Source: Nitrospirales bacterium
GTDB lineage: Bacteria; Nitrospirota; Nitrospiria; Nitrospirales; UBA8639
Direction of reading: 5' to 3'
Assembly: GCA_965203295.1 (NCBI GenBank)
Contig: CBDBCZ010000016.1
Coordinates: 576,001-640,000, forward strand
Length of the DNA: 64,000 nt
Below are positions 62,647 to 64,000 of the stretch, in pieces. Positions within the stretch are counted from its first letter, which is position 1. Each line of letters begins with the position of its first letter. The position numbers were made by a program, and so were the translations under genes. The notes beneath the pieces are model-generated. The model saw nothing but the letters and a program-made list of their open reading frames with translations. It had not been told where the DNA came from and ran no database searches.

Positions 62647-64000
62647 CGGTGGCCCTGGAGGTCACTCCACGTTCCATACTCTGATCACCACGTTCCAATA
62701 GTCCTCACTCCTCATTCCAATAGTCCTCACTCCTCATTCCAATAGTTCTCACTCCTCATTCCAATAGTCATCACTCCTCATTCCAATAGTTCTCACTCCT
62801 CATTCCAATAGTCATAACTCCTCATTCCAATAATCATCTCTCCTCATTCCAATAGTTCTCATTCCCCATCCCAATAGTTCTCACTTCTCATACCATACGT
62901 ACTTCCAAAATTATGAACTTTGAACTTTGATTCTCACTCCTCACTCCAATAGCTCTCGTTCGAATTCTAGTGGCGCGCACGCGTGCTGGTGTGGTGCAGA
63001 TACGTTATGATGTCATTCAATGTTCTTTAATTGGAATACAAAACGAATGGCAATGCTAGCTGCTTGTGCTACGACACTGTTGATGCTATGGATGTTCTTG
63101 ACAGTCCAGTGTGTCGCCTGCTTAAGCAGGAATGATTCCAGAGTGAACGGTAAAACAGTGACATACTTTTATATTTGTCTAGGAGAGTAAACTTGGACAG
63201 GCTTGGAGTCCGTTGAAGTAGCAAAGACTTAGCAGTAGCGTTATTAATACGGAAATCTCTTAATTCGTGTAGATTACCAAGTACTGATGGCAGTACAAGT
63301 ATGATATAATGGTGGTGTACCTCAGGCTGATGCATGGAGAAGCCATAGGGTACGTTAACCCAAGATCCTTTTTTCGCTTCTCAAACCAGGCCGTCCTGTT
63401 AATCTGAATAGATAGATCCTTAGATGAAGGCTGGGACAAGTAAAATTACCGCAACATATCCTATGGCTCCTCCATGCACCAACCTAGCCTCGTTCCCAGG
63501 CTCTCTGCCCAGCTTTTTTTCACACGTAGTAAAATAAGCTGGACAGAAAGTCTGGGAACGAGGGTAGCACCAACCTGAGATACGCCACAATTACACTATA
63601 TTTCTTTTACTGCCATCAGTACTTGGTAATCCGCCCTAATTAAGAAATTTCCATATTAACGCTACTGCTAAGTCTTTGCTACTTTGCTGCCTATCCTCCT
63701 ATATAAATTCAAAAGTATGCTGCTGTTTTACCGTTCACTGTGGGATCATTTCTACTTAAGCAGGCGACACACTGGACTGTTGACAACATCCATGCAGAAT
63801 CTTAGCACTGGCAGCTAGCATAGCACTATTTTTATATTCCAATTAATATCTACACCATGTTCCAGCGTGCGCGACACCATACTAGAACGAGCGCCATTGG
63901 AGTAAGGAGTAAGAAGCAAAGTTCAAAGTTTATCATTTTGGCAGCATGAGGCACGAAAATGAGGAGTGAGAACTATTGGAATGAGGAGTGAGGACTATTG
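62647..64000. mobile_element. Foldback-type element with long inverted arms and 22-bp subterminal tandem repeats (runs off the window)
   Basis: About 9 copies of TTCCAATAGTCCTCACTCCTCA at 62693-62890, with the reverse complement from about 63960. Arm 62900-63350 is mirrored by 63455-63950. Confidence 0.75.
63485..63566. mobile_element. 82-bp hairpin mini-transposon with 9-bp TSD
   Basis: TAGCCTCGTTCCCAG...CTGGGAACGAGGGTA, flanked by GCACCAACC on both sides. Confidence 0.85.

Overview
Intron-rich animal (metazoan) genomic DNA, not prokaryotic. An early-branching invertebrate such as a demosponge is plausible but cannot be proven from sequence alone. Host genes rebuilt by hand from GT-AG exons: the 3' seven exons of phosphoglycerate kinase (+, 476-4714); a 3-exon arfaptin (-, 5863-8720); head-to-head with it, a complete 19-exon Tec/Btk-family tyrosine kinase (+, 9075-33820, 701 aa, PH-Btk-proline-rich-SH3-SH2-kinase); and the 5' part of an unknown gene with a PA-like domain and a Pro/Gln/Arg tract (+, from 43308). 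The right half is dominated by nested mobile DNA. A decayed Ginger1 element is interrupted by a Zator-like remnant. A Mag-type Gypsy element with 153-bp LTRs carries an AcademX transposon (16-bp TIRs, TAAG TSD), which itself carries a 230-bp element with a 9-bp TSD. Most unusual observations: (GT)n and (CA)n microsatellites directly form four Tec splice sites; the Gypsy 5' region is replaced by a copy of its own 3' flank; there is a family of 54-230 bp TAG...CTA hairpin elements with 9-bp TSDs; one whole intron is tandemly duplicated; an orphan ALG3-like first exon lies antisense in a Tec intron; and a tRNA-carrying repeat has different anticodons in its two copies. All coordinates were read by eye, and family names come from motif recall rather than database searches.
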